A DNA stretch of 63,910 nt, the filler included, from Diploschistes diacapsis (lineage: Eukaryota), in assembly GCA_023645945.1 (NCBI GenBank). It is 9 parts of 9 records of this genome, joined end to end, with 100 filler letters (N's around TTAATTAATTAA, not from the genome) between each part and the next. Parts side by side here need not be neighbours in the genome. Positions count along the whole stretch, not along the records: positions 13,893 to 40,862 come from JALAIB010000169.1; positions 40,963 to 45,486 come from JALAIB010001690.1; positions 45,587 to 50,104 come from JALAIB010001691.1; positions 50,205 to 54,719 come from JALAIB010001692.1; 5 more parts are not named here. One strand, 5' to 3'. Made by a program: the position numbers and the translations under genes. Each line of letters opens with the position of its first letter. The stretch's first letter is position 1. Of the stretch, positions 39,457 to 51,276 are shown one piece after another. Below the pieces are notes generated by a model. It worked only from the letters and a program-made list of their open reading frames with translations. It did no database searches and was not told where the DNA came from.

Positions 39457-40615
39457 ATCTGTTCGGTGTCCCTTCTAAACAACGGCAAGGACGCTTTGAA
39501 GATGTACTCTGGAATAATGCGAAAGGCTAACGCTTCTTGGCTTGAGGAGACGAGGTTTCCTGGAAGCACGAAAAATAATTTCAAGCCCAAGTATTGTAGA
39601 CTTGACTTATTCAAGCAGAAGCACAGATAGTTCCCAAGATATCGTAACGGAGAGGAAGAAGGAGAAATGCCCTATACGACAAAGCAGAGGTTAGCAGGCA
39701 CGCTGCAGGATCGCGACTGGAAGATCTCACCCTGGCTCAAAGCGAAACGTCAAGTAGATATCCAAGAGAAAGCGATGTGCTAGAAGATTGGGTATCCAAA
39801 ACACACGAAAATCGAATGGATGAAACGGCAGCTCAGGGTTCCCCAAGCCTGGAAGTTGTATGGGAGAGAAAAGCTTCGATGCGACGGATTTCCGGATGAA
39901 GCAGTGTTAATACAATGTAGAAAGGACAAAGAGATTGAGTTTTTCACTGCTAGCGAATTATTAGCTGATTGAGGATAGTATTGCAGGTCAGATGCCAGTA
40001 AAGAATAGTAAGCTATTGTAGCAAAAGGAGCGACGTCGGTAGGTAAGAGGCACAAAACAGGAAATGAAAATGGAAATGGAAACGGAAAGGGGGTATTAGA
40101 GAATAGATGGCATATACTGGCGGTGATATAAAGAGAGAAGAAAAAGATGTGAGAGGTAGGAAGCGTCGGGATGCGTTTGGGGGACGACGGGGAATGAGGA
40201 AAAAAAGAAAAGGAAAGTAGTGGACTTGTGAAATTAAAAATGGAAAAAAGTTTTTACGAGTATATCCATTTATTAGTATCTACTCGAAATAATCTTGTTT
40301 TTCACTTGTTTTTTCTATCTCTCTGAAAGGGAAGCTGGTCAATCCCCATGCGTTGACAGCCGTTTCACATCCGTTTTTATTCTGCTATTTCTGCATGATG
40401 CAGCAGAATGGATATAGCGAGAAACCAGCGCCCAGTCTGTCTTTGCATCTTCCACGTGGTTGTACTGAGAACTTACCTAGCATCGCTGTGCACGTACATC
40501 ATCGAATAGTAACCAGAAGACACAAGCAAAACGGGACAGTAACGAACCGGGACACACTCAATCTATTCCTGTAAATAAAAGCCTTCCTTATTATTATCTT
40601 ACATAGAAAATGGTA

Positions 40616-40862
40616 TAACGTATATGCATAGCGAGCGGACACCCCCCCACCCGATTTTATGAACTTCCAACTTTTATATCAATTTTCTACGCGTATGATT
40701 ATGGAATCATCTTCGATTTAAAATAAAATCATAATGACATTTTAGGTTATTAAACAAGACCTAAATCTTAATAAAAAACGCATATTTTAGATATTTAAGA
40801 TTCCTCGTATGACGCTTATTGCTCGATGCGATAATCATATTTTAAGACACGATATCTTAATT
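40616..40862 (+). mobile_element. 5' end of a pogo/Fot1-like transposon with a stop-riddled transposase N-terminus
   Basis: TA-ACGT terminus at 40616-40621. From ATG 40701 the frame reads MESSSI*NKIIMTF*VIKQDLNLNKKRIF*IFKIPRMTLIAR, resembling the psq-type HTH of pogo transposases, with TAA/TAG stops. Truncated by a linker. Confidence 0.7.
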
Positions 40863-42759
40863 NNNNNNNNNNNNNNNNNNNNNNNNNNNNNNNNNNNNNN
40901 NNNNNNTTAATTAATTAANNNNNNNNNNNNNNNNNNNNNNNNNNNNNNNNNNNNNNNNNNNNGGATGGCGGTTTGGGCGGAGAGGTGGGTGTGGCGGAGG
41001 AGCATGGGCCGAGGTGGAGGCGTGGAGGGGGGTGGTAGGGAGGTTTAGTCGGAGCCTTTCATTGGGTGGGATGAGACGTAGAGATTGTTTAATATGAGAT
41101 CGTGAATAATGGTGACAAAGGGATCATCGATCTTAGCAGTGGGTGACTAAGCCGAGGCGAGTTATCCTTTAAGTTAACCTTCAGCGACGAAGTGTCAAGC
41201 TTTCTGCACGATCCATTCTTACAAAGTACAATATCGGCAAACTAACTCATTAACCGTGTGCTTCGTTTATGTTCAGCTGTTCATGAAATGGTACGATAGT
41301 TTCGAGACGACCGGTGCTCTCCGAGCATTTTGTGGCTCTGAAAAGTCAAGCCTCAATTGTTCTACATGCAACAACTTCTTTCCTATGGTGATATGCCTGT
41401 CTATATGCCTGCCATATTCTTGGTATAAACGATGAACACTTGATCCTAATGCTCTTGTTCTGTCTGTACAAAAAAATGTCTTCCGCAGAGTGAGACGCCA
41501 GAGAAAATTTTCGACTATTTCCTTCCAGCGCTTTGAACACTTTTCTCTGTCCTTGACAGCGACAATTCTTTTCTTCCTTCAACACAAGCCCTTGGTCAGA
41601 GTCTCTTCGTTCCCCTGTTTCGCCCATTCTCGCTGTTAATCTCAGACAAGTGCAGAGGGACTGTCAGGGGATATCATACACCGAGTTTCCTAACAGTTGA
41701 AGCTCCCGCTAAAAGTCTTTGTGCAGTAGCACGCTCTTTCTGCAGCTCAAGTCGTCCCCCTGTGAGATATCTCTGAATCTGTGTATTACGCGCAGGCATT
41801 CATCGAGCAACAGAGCGCCTTGAGCGTACCTTGGCGTCTAGCTTTCATCATTGCGGCAGCTGCTTTAACTACTTGGGATAGATCACCCACCTCACCAACA
41901 ACCAGCAGTAAAGCTTTGGAGCTTGCTGCATAGTGGAACCTGAGTCCTGGGGATTGACAGATTCCCTAACATTCGTGGTAAGATACCCTCGCCTCGCTCT
42001 GCCATGCCCCTGCGGCTTGCTGTTAGCCTTCGGATCCGTGAAGGTACTATGCTGATCCATACTAGGAAGAGCATTGTCCGAAATCCAGCATAGCTAAAGC
42101 GTCGACAGTTCTTGTAGATGTCACTTACGTGACGCGTTGAACTTATTCGAGACACAGTCTGTTCAACAGATATTCCCCTCTTCCATTTCTGCTTCGCTTA
42201 AAGTTGTCGCCCACCATCAACTCCTTGAGATCGCAACCGTGCCCATACTTACCCAGCGGAATGCGTGTTTCTCGATTGGTTTGGGGATAATTCGCCAGGT
42301 CACTATTTGTCTTTGTGAGCAAGGAATACCTACTTCCACGCCGTTACGCTTTGGTTCGACTGAGACCGTTCTCCCGAGGCGATAGATCGCTTCGAATTCC
42401 TGACCAAACTCTTTGGAACATAGCAAGCTGTACGCACGAACCGACAAGTGCTTCGTCGGTATTTAAGGCTCCTCTTGAGGATTCGAGAACCTCCCCAACA
42501 ATTGTGCCTTGCTCAGCTCCGCTACGCCAGTTCGTCAATAGCGTCAGCTTGTCCTCGGAGTTCTTACATCAAGCTTAGATGCACTTGAGCAACTGTGTCA
42601 CATTTGCCCTATAATCATTCTGTACTCCAGCATAACCTTAGTGCGTTTCATATCAGACATCTTCAAAAGGATTGACGAACCCCTGGTCTTAGTACTCACC
42701 GGCTTTAATACACTTTTCTGCTCAGACTCCATATCGAAGGCGAATATCGAGTCTTCTTA

Positions 42760-43440
42760 CTCATTCCCGAGACCGCTTTCAAGGGCTTGAGGTCCCTACG
42801 ACGACTTGTTATTCGACAGTTTCGACTTTGTCTATCGGTGCGTAAGCACTGTCTTCAAGCGCTCTGCTGGATCTCGAGACCGCTATCTGGAAGCTGAATA
42901 CCCTCCCAAGATCAGGTGCTTCGAAAGCTTTGGCCCCTTGCTCTATCGATATAACAAGAGGCTTGAGTGTCCTACTCGATCTCAGGACGGCTCTTAGGGC
43001 GCTGAAGGCCCCCTCAAAACCTTGTTCTTCGGAAGCTTTGGGCTCCTGCTCTGTTGATACATCACGAATCTCAACTGTTCTGCTTCTGCTCGGCCTCGAC
43101 ACTGCTAGCAAAAAACCCGAGATCCTTCCAAGGCCTGGTGCTTCGCACAGCTTTTACCTACTTGTCTTTCGATACTTTGAGGCGAGGACCATAAGCTCAA
43201 CTGCTTTTTTTGGTGCTCAAGACTGTAGTTAAGGACTTGAAGCACTCCTAACGCTCAGTTCCTTGACCATTCCTGAGGTTTCTGGGATGATCTGCATGTC
43301 TTGAGACTGCTCTTATATTCTTGAAGCACTCCACAGCACTCAGCTCCCCAAATAAGCCTAAGATTTTTGAGGCAATCTGCGCGTCTCAGGACTGCTCCTA
43401 CTTGAAGCACTTCCAGGGAACTTGTTCTTCGACATTTCTG
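42760..43440 (+). repeat. Degenerate tandem array, 7 units of 84-121 bp
   Basis: Anchor (CTC)-(G/A)(A/G)GAC(C/T/G)GCT...CT(T)GAAG(C)ACTCC-like motif at 42769, 42876, 42984, 43098, 43219, 43303 and 43388. Units 2 and 3 align over their whole length. Confidence 0.65.
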
Positions 43441-43628
43441 GCAAAGCGCCACGACCCACGCCAGCGGTTTTTAATTGTCCACGAGCACTTCTCACTTCAT
43501 CCCTAACTCTGTGATTCACCACCTTTCAGAGCTTTTGCCAAGTTTTCAAGCGGACAACTTCTGGACCGACACCAGCCATTTAGGAAGATAGGCCAGGGAG
43601 GCCAATCCGTGGTAAAGACTTTTTCGTA

Positions 43629-43694
43629 AGTGGGGGACGGATTCGAACCCCCACGATCTCCGAGTGGCATTTTTATCGTTCCACCACCACCGCT
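43629..43694 (-). other. tRNA-like/B-box-containing element (degenerate, no anticodon arm)
   Basis: Minus strand reads AGCGGTGGTGGTGGAACGATAAAAATGCCACTCGGAGATCGTGGGGGTTCGAATCCGTCCCCCACT: perfect GGTTCGAATCC B-box, GTGG/CCAC stem and partially complementary ends. Confidence 0.3.
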
Positions 43695-43706
43695 GCAATA
43701 TTCATT

Positions 43707-44981
43707 ATGCTCACATTTCCAGACATCATCTCTCCTCAACCATCTTGCCCTCTCAAGCGATCTGCATCTCATCTTAGTGATATACAACCTGTAAGTCTAT
43801 CGCCGTTCATTCCAAACAGATCAACGTCGCCAACCACGGCAAGACTCTTCGACTTTATCCTCAGTCAGCCCATTTGTCTCGACCGCAAGTTCAGTCGCTC
43901 AGACAGCTTTCTCCTTCAGCTAGAGAAGGGAAACAGCGAAATCGAAGAGAGAAGCCGTCGACTAGACGCCATTCCAGGCCTTGATTCTGAGTCGGAACCA
44001 AGTGAGGAGAAAGAGGCTACTCTCGTCAATACCATGCCACCAACTACTACTTCAGAGGGAAAGAAAAAGGCTGCTTCAACCAAGAGCAATGTCTCTAATT
44101 CTACGGCGTATCGAGAAACGGAATTGGAGGATCACGGAATTATGATTGAAGCCTACCGCAGAGAGCCTTCAGCCTGTTTAACAGATTTCCTGAAACAACA
44201 TGTGAAAGGAAGTCGATCTGTATCTGTTGAGCTCAATGACAAAACATACGAGAAGTGTGTTTTGGGTATTGCTGCGAAGTTTGCCGTCGATACCGAGACA
44301 ATTATACGCCAGAAATTCATGTCCTCACCTATGTTTCCAGATGACGCCTATTTAGACGACTGCTTTGCGAGTAGCGGCGAGACGAAGTGGAGCGAAGAAC
44401 CCCTCCCGGTGGCTGTCGGCAATGAGAAGACGAAGCTGCATCTCCCATCGCCTGATTGCTTCTATGGCTTCTCCATTAATGGAGCTTTCACCCAACCTGG
44501 CCACAGAGCCGTCTTCGCTCAGGAAGACCTCAAACCATATTTCCGGCCCACCACGAAGCGAGTTGGCTTTCCGTTTCTTGTTTGGGAAGCTAAAGCCCTG
44601 TCACGCAAGGGAACGGCCTTCGACGCCCAAAATCAAGCGGCTGTTGTTGCTACGCATGCCGTGAGAGGTATGCAGAAGCTGTATGAAGAGGCCAACCAAC
44701 ACCGTCAGCCGCACGAGCAATTCCCGGTCGACTGTACGGATACGCTGGTGTTTGCAATGTCTGGTGATACCGAGCAGACGTTCCTCTACGTGTGCTTTTG
44801 GGACGAAGATCGCCGTTTCCACTTTCAAAAGGTTGTTGATGGCTACCGCACGACAAACTTGGGGGAAGTTAATTCTTTTCGCCTTCATTGGAGCAACGTG
44901 TTTGACTGGGCCCAAAAAGTCCGCCTGCCAAAGGTCCAGGAGCTCCTCGATGTCATTGCCAAGAGAAGGAAATTGTCCTGA
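43707..44981 (+). CDS. Fungal PD-(D/E)XK nuclease-fold protein (DUF7924-like)
   Basis: Intronless 424-aa ORF with PSPDCFYGF...FPFLVWEAK...AQNQAA (PD...ExK...Q spacing), followed by beta-strands (LVFAMSGD..TFLYVCFW). Confidence 0.7.
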   Translation: MLTFPDIISPQPSCPLKRSASHLSDIQPVSLSPFIPNRSTSPTTARLFDFILSQPICLDRKFSRSDSFLLQLEKGNSEIEERSRRLDAIPGLDSESEPSEEKEATLVNTMPPTTTSEGKKKAASTKSNVSNSTAYRETELEDHGIMIEAYRREPSACLTDFLKQHVKGSRSVSVELNDKTYEKCVLGIAAKFAVDTETIIRQKFMSSPMFPDDAYLDDCFASSGETKWSEEPLPVAVGNEKTKLHLPSPDCFYGFSINGAFTQPGHRAVFAQEDLKPYFRPTTKRVGFPFLVWEAKALSRKGTAFDAQNQAAVVATHAVRGMQKLYEEANQHRQPHEQFPVDCTDTLVFAMSGDTEQTFLYVCFWDEDRRFHFQKVVDGYRTTNLGEVNSFRLHWSNVFDWAQKVRLPKVQELLDVIAKRRKLS

Positions 44982-46034
44982 AAACGGGCTTGTCAAGGTA
45001 AGCAAGACCCGAATCGAATCGAATTCTAGATCACCGCGCTAATGACACCAAAGTCCTTCCCGAGCACTTTATCCTCTGTTGTGAAAACCAAGGGAGCGCT
45101 CCCGGACTCCAGGAGCAGTCGGGATCAGTATTGGGAAATGGACAACATCACTTTGCAATAGCGGCGAGCAATGACCGGGTTTCTTCCGAGTTATCTGGCG
45201 TGGAGTTTTGTGTTTTCCCAGGGCGACAGCACCGAGCATTTTGTCAGGGAGGGCACGGCGGAGGCGGTTTACTTTCTTTCTTTCTTTTACATGCATGCAA
45301 CATATTCTCCCTTGGGGCTTCATCCCTTTCATGTATACTAAACACACACTGCAAGCGACGGAGAGATTTCTCCCGATCCAATGCTTTCTATTCCACAAGT
45401 GAGAAAAAGACCTATGGTATACAGCGGCCCCTCCCCCCTCTCCTTTCCAAATCACCTCTACGACTGCCACGTATCCCTCTCCACCANNNNNNNNNNNNNN
45501 NNNNNNNNNNNNNNNNNNNNNNNNNNNNNNTTAATTAATTAANNNNNNNNNNNNNNNNNNNNNNNNNNNNNNNNNNNNNNNNNNNNGTAACGGGGTTGGA
45601 AGAATAGCTGGGGGTGGGGGGTAATGGAAAGGGGAAAATAAGAGAGCAGCATTTGATGTTTCCTGTGCCGAGGCCGATAGACATGGCGGGCAGCATCTCG
45701 CGGCAGAGAAAGAACATTACTCCCGGCGGCTTTCTACGACTTTGGATGGAGCAGGTCTCGAGAGAACGTGGGGTTGTTACAGAGTGGTGTTGGGGCAAAC
45801 AGGGTCGTGCGAGGGCGTTGGACAAGGCGTGTGGGGGGAAAGAAGGAACTTGCGTGGATATACTAAGGACTCAGGGAGTCCTTTGCGAATGACCATGGCT
45901 ATTTACATTACACAAAGTGCCCTTCGAGACTGTACAACCACCACCAACCGTCGCCAACCCAAAGCAATGACTCGGATCAGACGCGCACTGCCCCACCACG
46001 CAAATCTTTGACCGGAAAAGCTTTCCTTCTTCGC

Positions 46035-47392
46035 TCAAAACTCCGCCATCGCCAACTCGACCGCATACCCAACCGTCATCCTCGCATGCTGTATCATATG
46101 CTCGAAGCTCAGCTCCGCAATAACATCCTGCGTCGTATGGATCTTCTTGTCGCTGTCCCCGAACTCGCTCTCGATGACGAACGCGCTCGGGTAGCCGGCC
46201 TTGCTGGCGCTCGCGTGGTCGCTGCACGCATACCCGCACTTCGTCTCCACGTACCCGACATCGCAGTATTCCCCTATCAGCGTCTTGATGAAGGCCGTCA
46301 GCCCGGCGTCGACGTAGTCCGTGATGACGCCCACGGCCTCTGGTTTCCCCGCGGCCAGCGTGCCCTGCACGTAGCCCGTCATGTCCTGCTGCAGCATGGC
46401 CTTGACGTCGCGGCCCGCCTTCTCGTAGGCAGAGAAGATGTCCTGCGACCCCAGGAGTCCGCCCTCTTCGGCCGAGTACCAGTGGAACTCGATCGTGTTG
46501 GGCGCGGACCCGTTGGCGATGGCCTCGTGCTCGAGCAGCGCCCTGAAAGCCTCGAGGATGGTCACGGTGCCGCTGCCGTCGTCGTCGGCGCCAGGCGCCG
46601 CCAGGACGGACGGTAGGAAGAGGTTGATGGAGTCCTGGTGGGCGCCGACGACGATGGTTTTGTTGGTGCGGCCGGGGATGGTGGCGACGATGGAGGACTG
46701 GCCCCATTTGTGGGGGAAGGTGCGCGCGGAGGCGTTGGTGCTGCGGGAGTGGGTGGAGTTGGCGATCGTGGAGGTCACGCGCGAATAGAGCCAGGCGGAG
46801 GACTCGGCGCCGTAGTGCGAGCGGAAGTAGCGGGTGTAGAAGGAGGTGAGTTTCTCGAGGTTGGCGCGTATGTTGGAGGCGGAGAGGGTCTCGAGGAGGG
46901 GGTGCACGGTGGCGTTGTGGGTCGGGTGTGGGGGGAAGGTCACTTTGGGTTTGCTGGGGCTGAGGGAGAGGGAGTTGAGGAGGCCGAGGTCGGGGTGGTC
47001 GGTTATGTCCATGAAGTTGATGCCAGCCTAGACATTGTAGTGGTTAGCTATATTCTTTGAATGTGCAGAGTCGTGTCGAGATGGGAGTTGTGGATATCCT
47101 GAAGCTCCTTTGAACGTGGTGGCGCGCCCATGATTCTGTAGGACCATGTAGGTAGGTGGGTATGTGCCTCATTGCTGAGCCCGATAATCATGGTAAAGGA
47201 GTAATCGCTCACCCTCTTAAATTCCCATTTCTGCTCCTCGGTGATCCACTTTGTCCGGCCATGCTCGAACTCGACAAGGAAGCGCTCCTCTTCTTGCTTG
47301 ACCGGCAACTGCTCCGGCCTTGGGGCCTTCACGGACCGCGCAGCTGCCGTCGCAGCCAACAACGAGGTTGCTAGTATATCGCCGAACCTCAT
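46035..47392 (-). CDS. LAP1: Secreted leucine aminopeptidase (peptidase M28), 2 exons
   Basis: Signal peptide [18 protein letters not shown], intron ~47028-47212, and Zn-ligand motifs [30 protein letters not shown] and CGYACSDH. Confidence 0.93.
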
Positions 47393-47851
47393 TATGGAGT
47401 AGGAACTTGCTGGTTCAACCGGTATGTGTGCGGTGAAGTAAAGAGAACCAAAGCAACACGCTACGAGGAGGCAGCAGGACAGGGCTTGGAGGATGCTCGA
47501 GCAAGAGGCTGGGATACAGTAAGAAAGGCAGGCAGACGGATGATGCGGCTTGTAGTTATACACAATCTCTTATGTAAGTTATGCTTCAGTGCATAAATTC
47601 CTTATCAATCTCCACTCTCCTCCGCTAATTGGCCGCTTATCTAAAGATGCTGATTGTCCTCAACAGCTTCGATGACTCGTCCAACTTCTGACTCCTCGTC
47701 TTGTTCTTCGTTTCGTTAGGATCGTTCTTTGTGAGTATTTGCATCGTCATACTGGTCTTTGTATCAACTTGCCTGCGCTTGCTGAGCTTCCTGCTTGCTA
47801 TCAAACTCCCATACCATTGCCCTTGGGATTCGCCATCATACATCGATTAAG

Positions 47852-49429
47852 ATGGTTACCGAACACCCATCCGCTTTTCAAGATGCCCGGCGCGTCACCA
47901 TTCAAGCTTGGGTCGACGATGCCGGACCCACTACCCAGGCAATGAGCAAGGTCTCGCTAGGCTTTCCGCCTCCCGCACCCGTCGTGGCAGGCGTCAGAGG
48001 TAGCTCGGTGCAGCTCCAGGTCCCATTGGACGGCGGCAGCCCTCCCAATGGGCCCAACCAATGCAACGATGGCAATGCACCGTCCAAGGCCCCGCGCGCA
48101 ACCCCGCAAATGCGTCCCCACGAGCCGATGCGCCGCGACAGCCTCAAACGGCGCGAGGCCGTCCTCAAGGGCAAGGAAGGCAGTCGCCGGCGTCAGAGAT
48201 GGGAGAACGGTGCGTTAGCGTTTTCCCACAGTTCTCTTGTGACGGCGTGAATGTATAGCATAGGGCATAGGGCACAAAAGTGCTCTGCTCCACGTAGCGG
48301 CGTTCGTCCACCCTTCCGTACTTTCAAATATCGGACGCAAGATCTTGTTGCACACGTATCTATACTTCCTCAAGCCGGCCCCATCGCTAACTCCACCCTT
48401 TCCCCGTCAAAAACAGACCGCCTCCTCTCCAACCCCTGGATGCAACCCCCCACCGCAGCCGACTGGGCGCCTCACCCGACCTACCGCCGCACCGTCGTCC
48501 CCTACTTCCTCGCGCCCCTCTGGGACGTCGAGCTGGCGGCACGCCACCAAGCCGACGAGGAACGCAAGCGGGCCCAGCGTCAGCGCCGTGTTCGCGCCAA
48601 GACCATTGCGCCTATGGCAGCTACTGCTACTGCTGCCACTGCTCCTGCTCATGGTGGTGGTGCTTCCGGGGGGAAGCTAAAGTTGCCCCAAGACGAGTCC
48701 ATCGGCCTTGTCCCCAAGGAACTGCGGCGCACGCTAAAGAAGGCCAAGGGCGCCAAGACCCTGCTTATGGAGCTGGAGGAGGAGGTTAGGAAATTTGTTG
48801 TGGGGTGGGAGCGGAGGGCGGCACGGGCGGAGAAGGGCCGGGAAGGAAGGGATACGAGGAAGGGCAAGGGCAGGAATGGATACACCGATGCCGATGCCAT
48901 GGACAGTACGGGGAACGATACCAGTGACGAGGAGGTCGTGTTCGTGGGGCGCAACGGCGCGATGAGGGATGTGCCGGCGTCGCCGACAACGACGACGACG
49001 ACGTGCAGGAGGCTGAGCGGGGACCTGGAGCTGGAGGAGGTCGTGTACGGGGTGGAGGGGATGGGTATTGACGATGCCGACGGCGATGCCGATGTGGGCA
49101 TGCAGAAGGAGAAGCTGGTGTTTGGCGCGGCGGCCGATGATCGGGCTGCGAGCTTTGGGTGGGTTGTTTTCCCTTCCTTTCCCTTTCTCTTTCTCTTTGG
49201 GGGGGGGGGCTCTGTAGATGGAAATCGTTGGACTTTACGGTGCCATGGCTAAACGTTCGATAGGCGCTGGCTCGTGCACTCCATCGCGGCTTACTATGGC
49301 CTCAGGACCTGGTCTGTCACCGTGGGCAGCCCGGCGAGGAGGGAGGCGTACGTGGGGATCAAGGCTGCGGACAAGAGCCAGGGGTTGGCGCCGGGTGAGT
49401 TACCGCGCCCGCTGCATGTGATGGTTTGA
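47852..49429 (+). CDS. R3H-associated N-terminal domain protein with C-terminal R3H-like domain, 3 exons
   Basis: RRDSLKRREAVLKGKEGSRRRQRWEN/DRLLSNPW. The last exon has RWLVHSIAAYYGLRTWS (RxxxH). Confidence 0.85.
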
Positions 49430-51276
49430 GAGGCGCTCGCGAGTGCGCGTGGCTGCCCGACTTCTCATTTCATTCGTATCTGCTTGCACAGATGATGGGT
49501 GAGATTTTGTACAAGTTGTGAGAGTAGATGGGAGGGATCAAGCGTTGACACCTTGGGACTTTTGTGCTTTCCAAGACATGTATTTTATTTTCTTATTCGG
49601 TCTCTACCTCAAAGCTTTGCCCTGAGGCGCAACATCGATGTATTATATATAAAACTTCACAATACGCGTATACGTCTTCACATTATAGCGTAGTATAAAC
49701 ACCACTGGGTTCTGGGGGGAACCGAAGCTCCATGGCATGACAGAAGTCAAGGCCCCAGTTACCCCATCCGCTTCAAGACTTTTTCAACGGTGAATATCTA
49801 CTCTGGGAATCAGCAAAGCCATAAGAAAAACCGCTTTTTCCAAATCTCCCTACAGTTCAGGCTTGACAGGTTGTCCCACAAGTCCAATCCTTCCCCTCGA
49901 CAGGCAGCTCAAGCTCCCACGCCGATGAAAACAAGAAAAGGTGGACCATCAAAAATTCCCCCGCCGAGGGCCCCGAAGGACACTCGACAAGACTTGTCTC
50001 CTCGCTGTGCAATGAAGGACTCGTCTTGTAATGATCCCACTTTTTGATCTGGGATATTGCAAGAAGGTAAGTATGAAGAAAAAAAGAATGAATGGATGGG
50101 GGGGNNNNNNNNNNNNNNNNNNNNNNNNNNNNNNNNNNNNNNNNNNNNTTAATTAATTAANNNNNNNNNNNNNNNNNNNNNNNNNNNNNNNNNNNNNNNN
50201 NNNNGGAAGGGGAAGGGGTAAGGGGGAAACACATGACCAATCAATCCGTCTCGGTTACTCTGGAACCTGTTGGGATAACGGCAAGCCAAAGCCGAGCCAA
50301 ACCAAAGACAACGTGTGCGGTGCGCCATCGCTAACCATCGCTAACCCCCACCTGGGGAAGTCATCATACAAAAAATAGTCCACAAGGTTCAGTTATGCGG
50401 GGGCATGCGGCCTACGGCATACATACGGCATATGTTAGTTATATCATGTATGTCATGGGCATGACTTCAGATGATGATGGCGGGGTTGAGGGGGGTTGAG
50501 AACTGATCACCCTCCTACCCTTCAAGATATTCTGGAAGGCAGAAGCGACAGCTACAGAGCCTGCCAGTGCCAGTGCCAGTCTTCTGGGGGTTAGTTAACA
50601 AACGACGTTTTGGCACTCATTAGTGGATAATACTTTATTTATCCTTTGTCCTGGAGTCTGAAAACGGCTATTGCGCGATATGTTTGATTCAACTCGAACG
50701 CTGCTGCTGATAGGTTAGACGTGAATCTCAGCGCTTCGATGTGATAAGTGCCGCATGCTTGCATAAGCCATTTTGCTTTGGGGGGGAGTGAATAAGGACT
50801 GTTTCCGTAATGCTGACCAAGTATAAATTATGCAAAGTTGTGCTTGAGAGGGGAGGGGTTAATTAACTACTACTACTGCTGTTTCCGACCTTCCCCATGG
50901 AATATTCAAGAAGTCTTGCCGCCAAGCCAAGCTTCTCTGCCACTTGTCCACGGCCGACTTGCTGCCCTGTAACCATCCCAAGGGAGGCGCTATTGTACCA
51001 AAAGAATAATACCAATCGTTTCCACACTAGACGTAGGCCTGGACCGTGTGAGTGGGGTTTGCTTCAACCTCTGTCCGTGTTACCTCAAGAAGTGAATATG
51101 TGATATACCAGTCTCAGACCATGACGATGGAGGCAGCGGCTGCAGGTGCATAGGTTTGGCGCGGATGTTTTTGTGTTGCAGATGCCAAGGCAAAGTTCTG
51201 CGCCCGACATGGCCGTGCAAGAACTCGTTGCCACCACCGCCACATCAAGATACGAACCTTTCCTGTATTCAACGTT

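Noticed and set aside
41346..42700. Short ORFs upstream of the degenerate array
   Set aside because: None exceeds about 95 aa or shows a recognisable motif. Decayed coding sequence is possible but not supportable by eye.
42760..43440. True CRISPR array
   Set aside because: The repeats are too degenerate, the periods too long and irregular, and some inter-core segments are homologous to each other.
45871..47060. Long overlapping and antisense ORFs over the aminopeptidase; likewise over SWC2, JSN1, the four-RRM gene, the acyl-CoA synthetase and TOM40
   Set aside because: These are shadow ORFs expected from high GC3 codon usage in the real genes.
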